DNA from: a virus
Taxonomy: Duplodnaviria; Caudoviricetes
IMG/VR virus record: IMGVR_UViG_3300048577_000245
Span: 1 to 35,563 of that record
Reading direction: 5' to 3' (one strand)
DNA: 35,563 bases
A model generated the notes under the pieces. It was not told the DNA's origin. It did no database searches and saw nothing but the letters and a program-made list of their open reading frames with translations. Each line of letters opens with the position of its first letter. Position 1 is the stretch's first letter. A program made the translations under genes and the position numbers. Positions 10,201 to 17,562 of this stretch are shown here, one piece after another.

Positions 10201-12173
10201 ATCTCAGCCACCACCTGGGCCAGTCGCTTGCCCTTCGGGTCAATGCCCATGGCGCGCGCCACACGGTTGGCCTGCATGGCGTTTGCGCGCCAGTTGGGAG
10301 CACGCTCCGCTACCGATTCGATAGCTGCCTGCGCTTGCACCTGCTGCGCTGGAGACGCATTTTGGCGCAGCGCTTGGAGCACAAAGCCCAGAGATGTATC
10401 CCCACCTTGAGCCACCGCCTCATGCGTGCCAGCCAGTTGCTGGCGCCGCAGCTCAGCCTGCGCCGCGGCGAGCGTGGCAAACGGTGCGCCGCTGGGCGCA
10501 GCCACCACCAACGACGCGGCCTGGCTGGCCGGGGCCGGGAACTGCGGCACCACGTCATACCCCCTGCCACTCGCATGCCGCACCACGGCCGCAAGAACGC
10601 CAGCATCGCGCACCTGGTTACGCAGAGCATGCGCCATGTCCAAGCGCAGAGGTTCGCCAGTGGGGTTGATGGAAGCAGGTGTTTCAGCACCGGCGGCCAT
10701 GGGAAGCCGCAGGGCAGCCCGACCTTGCTCCATCCCGAGAGCGCGTTCCTCGATCACCCGCCCCTGCACGTCAATGACGTTGCTGTCATCGGTAACACCC
10801 GGGCCAGTGCGACGCACTTGCAGGTCGCGGCCCGTGGCAGCGATGAACCGGGCCTCCTGCGCGGCGGCAGTGTCCATGGCCTGGGCGACGTGGCGCGATA
10901 GCGGGCCGGCGGCCGGGTCCAAGCCCATGCGCTGCGATGGCGTGCGTTCATCCATCGACAGGCCCGAGGTGTCGAACTCTGGGCCGGGCATATCCACGCC
11001 GTCCGGGCGCTGCGGCGCTGCGCCGGCAGCGGTATCCCATTGCGGCGTGGCCTGCGTCGACTCGTAGTCAATGGTTGCGGCGCGCGCACGCTCCACCTCG
11101 GCAGGGTCTTCCAGGCTCAGGCCCGCGGTATCCACGTCGCGCATGAAGTCCACTCCGCCCTCGCGCGGCGGAACGGCTCCCGGCGCGCTCTGCCAGTTGG
11201 GCGTATCCGGTGCGGCGACAGGTTCCGCTGCAGGCGCGTTCGGATCGACAGCGCCAGCCTCGGTCGTCCAGGTGCTGGTGGGGTCTGCAGCGCGTGCTGT
11301 TTCGGCCTTGACCTGCTCCTCCTGTTGTGCCCGGCGGCGCGCGCCGTCGACCGCGCCGGCCGCGCCGCCCATCACCCAACCACCGATGCCGCCCATGGCA
11401 GCCGACAGCGCGGTGTCTTCAAGGTTCTCCGTCCTGGTTGGGTCCTTGAACGCGCCCCACTGCTCGATGACATTCTGAGCGCCTTCGGTCGCGCCCTCCT
11501 TCAGCGCGCCCTTGCCCACTTCCTTGAGGATGGTCCCGGCCGCACCACCAGGCACGCCCTGGAGCACATTGAGCGCCTTGCCCATGCCCACGCGCTCCAA
11601 GGCCGTCGCAGGGATGGCTGCGGCCAGCGCACGGGCCTTGTCCTCCTGGCCGGACTCCTTCTGCTCCTGGCGGATGCCGCCGTATTCCTGAGTGAAGATA
11701 GGCAGCAAGCTACCCGCCACTCCGCCGATGGCGCCACCTGCAGCTGCACCAGCAGGGCCAACAACGCTGCCCAGCGCTGCACCAGCCTTCGCTCCCACGG
11801 CACCACCAGCAGCGGCTGCGGCAATCTGCGGCGCGAACTGGCCCACCGATTCCTTGACCGCCAGCCACGGACTGTCCACCAGGTCGCGCAGGCTGCGGAT
11901 GCCCGCCGGGTTGCGGTCGATGATGCCCTGACCTGCGTCGTGCACCGCGCGCGTGACGGCATTGGGGCCCACCACATCCTCGGCAGCAGTCGCCGCAGTG
12001 GTGAGCATCTGCCCGCCTGTGCGTTTGATGGTGGGGATGAAGCCCGGGCTGGCCTGTGCAGGCTTGCCAAGAGCCTCCTCAAAGCTGAAGCCCCCGCTAT
12101 CAGCCGCACGGCCAGACTGGGGTTTGTGGTTGGGGCCGATGGCCTCTTCGAAGGAGAAAGACTCGTTTGCCAT
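4251..12173 (-). CDS. Giant polyvalent internal-virion/ejected protein (2640 aa): LPD5-like and LPD1-like segments, two HExxH motifs, C-terminal PLxRFG domain
   Basis: Gly/Ala-rich N-terminus typical of podoviral ejection proteins; IEDFGEKIGGARKD (~9340-9386); FRGVEFGNW...AHYEP...GSLAHEWFHALD (HEWFH 8565-8579); YWTTPHEMAARAF; HEMFH (7362-7376); YFPLARFG (PLARFG 6312-6329). Start taken at MANESF. Confidence 0.85.
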   Translation of the reverse strand: MANESFSFEEAIGPNHKPQSGRAADSGGFSFEEALGKPAQASPGFIPTIKRTGGQMLTTAATAAEDVVGPNAVTRAVHDAGQGIIDRNPAGIRSLRDLVDSPWLAVKESVGQFAPQIAAAAAGGAVGAKAGAALGSVVGPAGAAAGGAIGGVAGSLLPIFTQEYGGIRQEQKESGQEDKARALAAAIPATALERVGMGKALNVLQGVPGGAAGTILKEVGKGALKEGATEGAQNVIEQWGAFKDPTRTENLEDTALSAAMGGIGGWVMGGAAGAVDGARRRAQQEEQVKAETARAADPTSTWTTEAGAVDPNAPAAEPVAAPDTPNWQSAPGAVPPREGGVDFMRDVDTAGLSLEDPAEVERARAATIDYESTQATPQWDTAAGAAPQRPDGVDMPGPEFDTSGLSMDERTPSQRMGLDPAAGPLSRHVAQAMDTAAAQEARFIAATGRDLQVRRTGPGVTDDSNVIDVQGRVIEERALGMEQGRAALRLPMAAGAETPASINPTGEPLRLDMAHALRNQVRDAGVLAAVVRHASGRGYDVVPQFPAPASQAASLVVAAPSGAPFATLAAAQAELRRQQLAGTHEAVAQGGDTSLGFVLQALRQNASPAQQVQAQAAIESVAERAPNWRANAMQANRVARAMGIDPKGKRLAQVVAEIDAADAQRTGVRQDGAKSTPVTRAGDIARGLRDQIDGIATQDKRQGMYRQEAQRLRAAADGMGTTSEPGAAYAAAADMLDAWAGQVGADSVADIAALHEANGPYPPSAATRIGDGQWLPAVKTGPDSGQPIAGAPTFSDASSAAAWAGYEQAKGRAGADVAALQRLQDGISSTVRTEEQDGRSAPRSTTSTNAPEKIAAEVGLESAEGQNEPTSKAVQQQDHPQASGPRQDVKEKQAQALASYAQAAIELVANSHNAGPRPARAAAPRPTTSIEDFGEKIGGARKDQDAGGGGRATRPRSTDDRPAWARRFDVSQIVKSSVPGETGRWTVRDARSTDSLGQPRRVGERSYATQQDAEQAIPLIAVAQKHRVVPVRKGEGTGWEIWRDVAERKRVKVVDQVFQTREDALEYMASHAQQIIETNTTFGEADLPRPDSDQRVGAARRDGHARDSDFTRVFGFRGVEFGNWNNQEERQQLLNDAYDGLLDLADVMNIPPRAVSLNGELALAFGARGHGLSGARAHYEPGKAVINLTKMNGAGSLAHEWFHALDHYFARQDGKASAQWVVDKDGTRSLQVSSDSGDNMVSSGTRGERSGMRAELRDAFAELMRTMSRKAEQYLEDTAKADLFVASARADVQQRLDGIRADLARQLDERYAKRNNKPATAEQLAAFDAVAEKIVAGELLDLRVETKGGARSVASGVRWTNDALNQISAIMKAVRGRQGFNADQDGPLDRLRSSMQHYSARLKMLADAQASSEKTRMVPTRFAMDAKELDQGRGKDYWTTPHEMAARAFQGYVEDKIAAQGGKSPFLNHGPESAAIATPWGWKRPFPVGQERRAINAALDKLVGTIRTKEVEGEGVVLYNTSDEAPPARGLSLEEAQQAVQQALAGIASPPPVDVVVRGDELGVDAPNGVMGAAIPGEGRIVVVASAHGSADAVIETVFHEMFHLGVRNVLPAPDYVQAMLDLAKRDSRVQEYANQWKKEAPDAPQQLQALRDLGHTGSDLTAQYEALAIEEGLAVVAEELRAQKQAGTKLGMRVRVLANWLASVAERMGMQRLAERIRKMTYNEAERFVLKAIENAGRAPLEQGGAAMDNVTRFRSREGTQAAQRVGDALQALTVTNLRQQAGFKAADYRGLALQFLGRRQLVDVYSDMLPELRRYSDLMARMDADKNEAGAGADKLAQDWAKLPDERQLAELMHDSTLAQIDPTKDFVEGDNKTDWTRLRARHQALSPAAKEVFARARDTYRKHMHDVRSAIKERIERAEMSSERRAALLKRMDDEFFGHIKGVYFPLARFGQYVVVVKGADGKVENVSRAETMAEADTTRRQLLAAFPPGKGFTVGKVLKAKDFVAERDTVGRGFMEQLYGVLDKQGMDAKQRAELEDALGQLYLSSLPDLSWAKHGIHRKGTAGFSQDARRAFAQNVFHGASYLAKLRYGDRLQDELGEMQRRVDAGSTDSSFDSVKAQQVVDEMVKRHDAAMNPKTNALSTALTSFGFMFHLGLSPASAMVNLTQTALVAYPVMGARWGFAKSGAALLQASQEAARGRNDITASLTADEKAAFDEAVRSGVIDVTMAHDLAGIAQGEDRNVSHKLQPVMKAASFLFHHAEKFNRQVTFVAAYRLAREAGADAKAAYAQAAQATYDGHFDYSANNRPRVMQGNVARVLLLFKQYGQNMVYTLTRSAQQSLKGATPEARAQARKALAGLLTTHAMAAGVLGLPMVTTLLAAASMIGGDDDEPWDAKVALQNLLADTFGQKPAEVLAHGLSRLTPWDISGRVGLDKLIFPDVQEGLEGQRLAESAMTAALGPVAGIGINVLKGLQEMSEGRYLRGLETMAPSVARGPLKAIRYGSEGVKDKSGIVVQDEVDAAALWGQAAGFSPSSVRNAYEGKSAIVSHDRALQARRSALVEQFAMAAMAKDEEGKAEAREAIAKFNEKNPNRRIQPMHLAQSVAMRQKRIREAQDGVYLPGKRRDAMEAGRFAVPE
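9448..9502 (+). repeat. Intragenic copy of the 55-bp host repeat
   Basis: Ungapped 34/55 identity to 2362-2416 (hand count), with ATAGC, GCGCT, GAG and TTTT blocks at identical offsets. Confidence 0.6.
9572..9626 (-). repeat. Intragenic inverted copy of the 55-bp host repeat
   Basis: Minus strand GCTCCTGAAAAGATAGCTGC...GCGCTGAAGGCCAAAATG; ATAGCT at offsets 13-18 and GCGCTG.AGGCCAA at 38-51 as in 2362-2416 (29/55). Confidence 0.5.
10309..10363 (+). repeat. Intragenic copy of the 55-bp host repeat
   Basis: Ungapped 35/55 identity to 2362-2416 and 36/55 to 9448-9502 (hand count). Confidence 0.6.
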
Positions 12174-12179
12174 CCCCGG

Positions 12180-12224
12180 ACTGTTCACGCGCGCGCGCGA
12201 GCCGTCGAACCCTATGCGGGGACG
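12180..12224 (-). promoter_or_regulatory. Candidate activator-dependent late promoter for the giant gene
   Basis: CGTCCCCGCATAGGGTT-N22-AACAGT, 6 nt before the ATG; related motifs at 19587-19603 and 25335-25375. Confidence 0.5.
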
Positions 12225-12240
12225 TTCAACGAGAGTCCGT

Positions 12241-12269
12241 TTGCGAAAGATACGTAATTTGCGTACACT
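12241..12269 (+). promoter_or_regulatory. Sigma70 promoter and operator of higBA
   Basis: -35 TTGCGA, 17 bp, -10 TACACT, ATG 7 nt later (leaderless); overlapping imperfect palindrome ATACGTAATTTGCGTAC (12250-12266). Confidence 0.75.
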
Positions 12270-12276
12270 TTGACCC

Positions 12277-12615
12277 ATGAAAGCCGTCTTTGTCGAGCTC
12301 CCTGCCTTCTCTCGTCATCGGGCCAGCTACTTGGATGATGACGGTTTCCGTGGCCTTCAGGACACGCTCATGAAGAACCCCGCGGCTGGTGACGTGATCG
12401 AAGGAACAGGTGGCCTACGGAAGCTTCGGCATGGCGATCCGCGCCGTGGGAAAGGCAAGCGTGGCGGCCTTCGGGTGATCTATTACTGGTGGGATGGCGG
12501 CCCGCAATTCTGGCTGTTCACCCTGTACGACAAGGACGAAATGTCCGATCTGACGCCGGATGAAAAGAAGGCACTGAAGAACCTATTGAAAGCAGAACTG
12601 GAGGCACGCCGATGA
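12277..12615 (+). CDS. higB: Type II TA toxin, RelE/HigB-2 family
   Basis: NPAAGDVIEGTGGLRKLR...GKGKRGGLRVIYY...LFTLYDKDE; toxin-first gene order. Confidence 0.9.
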   Translation: MKAVFVELPAFSRHRASYLDDDGFRGLQDTLMKNPAAGDVIEGTGGLRKLRHGDPRRGKGKRGGLRVIYYWWDGGPQFWLFTLYDKDEMSDLTPDEKKALKNLLKAELEARR

Positions 12616-12926
12616 GCAAGCGCAATCTGTTCGCAGAACTATCCGAAGGCTTTGAAGCCCTGGCCGACGAACGCGCAGGCAAGAAGACCCTGCGCACCCA
12701 TGAGGTGGAATCCAGGATTGCACCCGAGGTGACTGCCGCTGAGCTGCTCGCCCTGCGCGAGCGACTGCATCTGTCGCGCCCAGTGTTTGCGGGGTACCTT
12801 CGCACCAATCCACGCACGCTGGAAAACTGGGAGCAAGGCCGTGCCAAGCCCAATGCCCAGGCGGCAGTGCTTATTCGCTTGGTCGAGAAGTTTCCAGATA
12901 CGGTGCAGCGGCTGGCAGCAGTCTGA
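12612..12926 (+). CDS. higA: HigA-type XRE HTH antitoxin
   Basis: LRERLHLSRPVFA...RTLENWEQGRAKPN HTH; ATGA overlap with the toxin gene. Confidence 0.9.
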   Translation: MSKRNLFAELSEGFEALADERAGKKTLRTHEVESRIAPEVTAAELLALRERLHLSRPVFAGYLRTNPRTLENWEQGRAKPNAQAAVLIRLVEKFPDTVQRLAAV

Positions 12927-12977
12927 AGTTTTCGCTGTCGAGCGAGATCAATGAGCTGACCCTCCTCCCACGTCGGT

Positions 12978-13281
12978 TTGAACAACCCACCTGAAAGACG
13001 CGTCGGTCAGGTTTCGCGCCGGCACTTTGTCCGGCTCTGCCTCCTGCATCAGGCCACGATCAAAACCCGATCAAGAAATCGCTACGGCCGCACCGTGGCG
13101 GATGTGGAATGCCAGGGTCAGGACGTGGCCAACGAGCAGGTGCGCTCCGGGCCGGCCTGGTTCTATGTGAAGTACGGCAAGGGGCATGAGCACCTGCGGG
13201 GGCTGGAGGCCGAAGCGAGAGACGCCCGGCGCGGGCTGTGGAGCGTGGAGGCTGTGGCGCCGTGGGAGTGGCGAAGGTCTA
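12978..13281 (+). pseudogene. Thermonuclease (SNase-like) family remnant lacking its N-terminus
   Basis: RYGRTVADV...VANEQVRSGPAWFY...EAEARDARRGLW...PWEWRR is the SNase C-terminal half; the N-terminal DGDT/DAPE motifs and a proper start are missing, and the frame runs on into the convergent KilA-N gene. Confidence 0.7.
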
Positions 13282-14115
13282 GTTCAGCAGCGGACCACCG
13301 CGCAGCGGCGGGAGACTGGGGTTCGACAGGAGCGACTGGAGTTGAGCGCGGGCCAGGCCATTGAGCATTTGAAGGCGCTGCGACTGGGGAACCCCCTGCT
13401 GGATGAGAAGCGCGTTCTGGCTTTCAATGCTGGACATCACCACCAACTGCTCCATGGTGGCGTTGTCACGCAAATTGCCTTTGGCGTCCGGATTCGCGCG
13501 TTTCCACTCTGCAGCGGTCATGCCAAAAAGCGCCTTGTTCAGGACATCCGCCTCACTGGCATAGACTAACCCAGCCTCTTTTTGGGTGAGCTGCGACGGG
13601 ATAAGGTGCTGCTGTACGGCGTCCGTATGCACCCGGTACTGAACCTTGGACAGGGTTCGGCGCACATCCCAGTCCAATCCACGCTCTGCCTCTGCTTGCT
13701 TGAATCGCTGGAACTCGGTGATCAGGTACAGCTTGAATTCAGGACTGAGCCAGGAGCCGAACTCAAAAGCGATGTCTTTGTGTGCAAAGGTGCCGCCATA
13801 CCGGCCTGCCTTTGCAACGAGGCCGATTCCGCCGGTCTCCCTGCCCCACTGGCTTACAGAGAGAGTGAATCGGTTCAGGCCGGCGCGATTTCTAATTCCC
13901 TCGAATCCGGGGGAATTAAAACTAGGGTTGTTCAGTCGCTCCCAAACCCCCAGGAACTCCACGGTATCCTTGTTGCGCAGCCAGGACTCAATCAGAGAGC
14001 TACCACCCTCGAACTTCGACACCATGTCCGTCAGGCTGATGTAGTCCTCTTCCCCCTTGGTGGTCAGGTGGATCTCTACACCCTGCACCGTCAAGCTCTT
14101 GTCACCTGTGGCCAT
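13279..14115 (-). CDS. KilA-N domain DNA-binding protein (278 aa)
   Basis: DYISLTDM...WLRNKDTVEFLGVWE...GRYGGTFAHKDIAFEFGSWLSPEFKLYLI; RBS AAGGAG. Confidence 0.88.
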   Translation of the reverse strand: MATGDKSLTVQGVEIHLTTKGEEDYISLTDMVSKFEGGSSLIESWLRNKDTVEFLGVWERLNNPSFNSPGFEGIRNRAGLNRFTLSVSQWGRETGGIGLVAKAGRYGGTFAHKDIAFEFGSWLSPEFKLYLITEFQRFKQAEAERGLDWDVRRTLSKVQYRVHTDAVQQHLIPSQLTQKEAGLVYASEADVLNKALFGMTAAEWKRANPDAKGNLRDNATMEQLVVMSSIESQNALLIQQGVPQSQRLQMLNGLARAQLQSLLSNPSLPPLRGGPLLN

Positions 14116-14155
14116 GCGCGCTCCTTGCTGTATGGCTCATTTTACGAGCCCTACC

Positions 14156-14178
14156 AGCCCGCCCCGCGCGGGCTTTTT
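14156..14178 (+). terminator. Intrinsic terminator
   Basis: AGCCCGC-CCCGC-GCGGGCT followed by TTTT. Confidence 0.65.
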
Positions 14179-14207
14179 CCTTTTTGGCCCCCTGCTACAT
14201 TCCGCCC

Positions 14208-14504
14208 ATGCGCCGCATCCTCAAACCCATCCTGCTCGGCCTGCTCATCAGCACCGCAGTGATGGTATTCCTCTATGCAGCGGCGCTCATGGAATCCCAC
14301 AACGCGATCAACCTGCTCGTGAAGTTGACGATCCAGCCTTTCAACCTCGCGGCCACCTTCATGGAGCCCCCAGCGCCGGATGACCTTGCCGACGGGATGC
14401 GGGTTTTGGATTTCATGCTGCTGGTCGCCTGGCTCCAGATTGGCCTGGCTTCGGCAGCATTGCTGGCAGGAATGAAGGCAGTCATCAACGCATCCAGGAA
14501 CTGA
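14208..14504 (+). CDS. Small membrane protein (98 aa), moron
   Basis: At least two hydrophobic helices; extended -10 TGcTACATT 6 nt before the ATG. Confidence 0.7.
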   Translation: MRRILKPILLGLLISTAVMVFLYAAALMESHNAINLLVKLTIQPFNLAATFMEPPAPDDLADGMRVLDFMLLVAWLQIGLASAALLAGMKAVINASRN

Positions 14505-14647
14505 GCGCTCTGGGAACGCTTCAACCCTGAACAGGCCCTGCCGGGAAGACCTCCGTCGGCGGCTTACTTGAGCCAACTCAATGCAGCAGGTCGCGACCAC
14601 TCGGTAGCATGGAAGCTCCTCAACAACCACGCAGAAAGGGCTGCTGC

Positions 14648-14902
14648 ATGTCGCAACAAGACAACACCAACCGCGCTTACGATCTTGCTGACGAGTGGAT
14701 CAGCATCATCTTGTCGACTGACCCGGAACTGCTGGTGGGAAAGGTGAACCCAACCATCAATCATGGAGACGGCAAGCCATCGGAATTCAACTTCGACAAT
14801 GCTGTGCATCGCGCCAGAGCCCTTGCTGAGTTCCGCCAACAGCTCGGGAACGCCCTGGCTGCCCAGCACTTCACTCCGTTGCCACAATACACCGACAATT
14901 GA
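14648..14902 (+). CDS. Hypothetical protein (84 aa), moron
   Basis: RBS-like GAAAGGG; -10-like TAGCAT at 14605-14610; start at MSQQD. Confidence 0.65.
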   Translation: MSQQDNTNRAYDLADEWISIILSTDPELLVGKVNPTINHGDGKPSEFNFDNAVHRARALAEFRQQLGNALAAQHFTPLPQYTDN

Positions 14903-14939
14903 TCCGTCTTTGCGATCACGCAATGGACGACATCGCCGT

Positions 14940-16511
14940 TCAGCGCATCGGTTGAAACTGCCCACCATCCCACCGCGCAGGCCCCCGTGCCGTCTGGTAC
15001 ACCTGCCCCTTGACCAGTGCGTCCTTGGACGAGGGCACATCTGCCACAGCACTCGACTTCCCATCGACCAGCGCTGTCTCCCCGGTCATCTTGTTGTACC
15101 GCCACACGCTCCCCTGCGTAGTGCTGCCGTCCAGATTCTTGGTGGTTGGAGTGACCTGCAAACCCCATTCGTTCTGCGGCGCCTTACCAGCCAGCGCCAA
15201 AAGACGATCGCGCGCACTGCGCTGCTGCTCCGGTGTCTTCGCGTTCTCGAGAGCCACCTGAGCGTTTTCTATTCGCTGTGCGGTGCGGTTCTGAAAACCA
15301 ACGGCCTCGCGCTTGAGGCCAAACTCGTCACCCTCAAGGTTCAAGCGCTGCTGATCGATTGCGGTGCGCATGCCCAAACGCTGAGTTTCGCCAGCCTGCT
15401 GCATGCCCTCCCGCTGCAGGCCAGCGGCAACCGTGCGCTGCTGGTTCGGCTCTGCAAGGTAGCCGTCGGACATAGCCTTGGACTGAGCCACAAGGGCCGC
15501 AGTTTCTCCAGTAGGTCGGCCATTGCGGTCCAGGCTGCTGTCGATGTTCATTTGCAGGTTCCGCATGGCCCGCCCTTCGATGCTGAACGGGTCTGCCAGG
15601 CGCTGCGTGCGGGCGCCCACTGAATTGTTCCGTGCGGCCTCATCTGCATTGATGTTCTTTGCGCGCTGCACCTCAGCGTCGTACTGACTCAGCCCAACGC
15701 GGGCCATGGATTCAGCCTGCGACTGGTCTGACATGCGCTGCAGGATGGCATTGTTCGCCGCGCTGGGCTGGCCGGTGAAGCCCTTGGGCATGTTCATGCC
15801 GTTGGGATCGTCGCTGTATTGACCACGGCCATGGTTGAACACGCCCGGCACGACCTCGCGGGCTGTCGTTGTCGCAGTCTCGCCAGGTGCTTCCGGCTGT
15901 GGTTTGGGCTGATTCAGCTGAACAGACATGGGCGTGGTCTGCGTCCCAGCGGAAAGGCGCGTGTCGGTAGGGTTGGGGGCTGCGGACGCTTCCGGCTTTT
16001 TCTGGAATGAATCGAAAAAGGAACGAGCGCCGCTATCCAGGCCCGATGCCAGCATCTGCGCACCGCTGCGACTGCCAGCGCTGTGCATCGCGCCCAGGGG
16101 CGCGCTGGGTTTGTCCGGTGCCGATGCAGCTTGAGCCGCGCTCTCGGCTGCCGCGCCCGCTGCAAGCGCCTCCTGAGTGCGTTGGGACTGTTCCTGCATC
16201 TGTTGCTGTGCCCATCCGTCCGCATCGAAACCGGTCCGACTCCGCTTGTACCGATCGGTGAGATTCACAACCCCTCCATCGGCGAAACGCGCCGGATGCG
16301 TCGGCCGGCCGCTGGGTTGGTGGGTTACGTTCACCAGGTCGCGCAGGCTCTTCACACCTACCTTGCGCACTGTGTCCGCAGGCAGGACAAACTCACCATC
16401 GGACAGGCGTGCTGGGATGGAATCGGAGGTGCCGGATCCTGGGCCGCGGACGTGGCCACCATCAGCAAGAGCCATCATGCGGCGGTGGAAGTCGGGGTGT
16501 TTTGTGGGCAT
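14940..16511 (-). CDS. Putative internal virion / DNA-ejection protein (523 aa)
   Basis: ADGGHVRGPGSGTSDSIPARLSDGEFV motif, seen in tape-measure C-termini and podoviral DNA-transfer proteins; Ala/Gln-rich helical body; located in the late operon. Confidence 0.7.
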   Translation of the reverse strand: MPTKHPDFHRRMMALADGGHVRGPGSGTSDSIPARLSDGEFVLPADTVRKVGVKSLRDLVNVTHQPSGRPTHPARFADGGVVNLTDRYKRSRTGFDADGWAQQQMQEQSQRTQEALAAGAAAESAAQAASAPDKPSAPLGAMHSAGSRSGAQMLASGLDSGARSFFDSFQKKPEASAAPNPTDTRLSAGTQTTPMSVQLNQPKPQPEAPGETATTTAREVVPGVFNHGRGQYSDDPNGMNMPKGFTGQPSAANNAILQRMSDQSQAESMARVGLSQYDAEVQRAKNINADEAARNNSVGARTQRLADPFSIEGRAMRNLQMNIDSSLDRNGRPTGETAALVAQSKAMSDGYLAEPNQQRTVAAGLQREGMQQAGETQRLGMRTAIDQQRLNLEGDEFGLKREAVGFQNRTAQRIENAQVALENAKTPEQQRSARDRLLALAGKAPQNEWGLQVTPTTKNLDGSTTQGSVWRYNKMTGETALVDGKSSAVADVPSSKDALVKGQVYQTARGPARWDGGQFQPMR

Positions 16512-16529
16512 GGGAATCTCTCTGTAGTG

Positions 16530-17198
16530 CTACCAATTGCAGTGCACGATGGGTGGCCGCCGGTCGCGCTGCTTGCGCTGCACGTTGGCATCAGGCCGCT
16601 CGCCGAAGGCCTGGACGAACAGACCCAGGGACACGTCCGCCTTGTTGGGGTCGAATACTTCAGCGTCCTGCTTGAGGTAGGCCCGGTGCATCACCCAGTC
16701 CATCAGGCGCTCGTGAAAGCGCTCTGGCAGCTCTGGCTTTGCGGTGTCCACGTCCGCGCTCAGCGGTTTCAGCGCGCCACGGAACACGATGATGGATGCG
16801 GTTTCGGCGACGGCAGGGGTTGGTACCAGGCGCACCTTGGGCGGCTGAGCGCCGCTGGCCTGTTCGAAGATGAAGCAGCGCGGCGTGCCGGAGCGAGACT
16901 CCCAGCCAGGGGACTCACAGTCCAGCTCTTCCACGCTGGTTTCATCCAGCGTCCTGCCGCGCAATGCCAGCCGCTTGACCTCGAACACGCTGGTGTGGAG
17001 GCTGTAGGTGTCCTGGCCAGGCACCAGCGCCAGAGGCATGGAGCGGTCCTCGATGAGCTTGGACCGCTCGCAGGCCTCCTGTACCGCCTCGTTCAGGTAG
17101 GAGACGATTTCTTCTCCCGACCAGAACGGTGGAACGGCGACATCGTGCACCGCGGCCCGGAATCGGGTGATGAAGTCTTCTACCTTCATGGCGATCAA
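16530..17198 (-). CDS. Head-tail adaptor / head completion protein (start may be 17189)
   Basis: FWSGEEIVSYLNEAVQEAC...GQDTYSL...PELPERFHERLMDWVMHRAYLKQDAE pattern of podoviral adaptors. Confidence 0.75.
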   Translation of the reverse strand: MIAMKVEDFITRFRAAVHDVAVPPFWSGEEIVSYLNEAVQEACERSKLIEDRSMPLALVPGQDTYSLHTSVFEVKRLALRGRTLDETSVEELDCESPGWESRSGTPRCFIFEQASGAQPPKVRLVPTPAVAETASIIVFRGALKPLSADVDTAKPELPERFHERLMDWVMHRAYLKQDAEVFDPNKADVSLGLFVQAFGERPDANVQRKQRDRRPPIVHCNW

Positions 17199-17548
17199 CC
17201 TACCTTGGTGAGTTCCTCGAACACCGCATCGGCCTCTTCGCGCGAGACCTGGAAGCCGGTCTTGGCCTTGAGCTTCACCAGGTTGGGCTTGCCGTCGCCG
17301 GTGAAGTCGTCCTTGTCTTTTCCAACAATCATGGCCTGGAGGGTCTCGCGCAGCACGATCTGGCGGTTGAACACCTGGGTCTTGTCTTCGGCCGTGGCAC
17401 CCTCGGTCAGCAAGGCGCCGCGGGCAATGGCCTCGCGGTGGAACATGGGATCCAGATCGGTGCCTTCAGGCGTGACGACTGCCGTGTGGCCCGATGTCAG
17501 GGCGATATGCAGCGGGGTTTCAGTGGGGGAACAAAAGCGCTTGGTCAT
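17195..17548 (-). CDS. Phage hypothetical protein of the head module (117 aa)
   Basis: Coding-like bias; overlaps the adaptor start; DFTGDGKPNL motif. Confidence 0.75.
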   Translation of the reverse strand: MTKRFCSPTETPLHIALTSGHTAVVTPEGTDLDPMFHREAIARGALLTEGATAEDKTQVFNRQIVLRETLQAMIVGKDKDDFTGDGKPNLVKLKAKTGFQVSREEADAVFEELTKVG

Positions 17549-17562
17549 GATGGAATCCTTGG

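Noticed and set aside
12188-12199. (CG)6 run as a Z-DNA element
   Set aside because: Short and unremarkable at this GC content; it lies in the spacer of the candidate late promoter.
14128-14143. Possible LexA box upstream of the KilA-N gene (CTGTATGGCTCATTTT)
   Set aside because: Only the CTGT half-site is present, with no ACAG. I saw no complete SOS box near ant either.
14208-14504. Holin candidate
   Set aside because: Antisense to the late operon, has its own promoter, and has no adjacent endolysin.
14940-16511. Tape measure protein call from the GPGxGTSDSI motif
   Set aside because: The motif is N-terminal, no tail tube or assembly chaperone genes are present, and the head module is podoviral; an ejection protein is more plausible.
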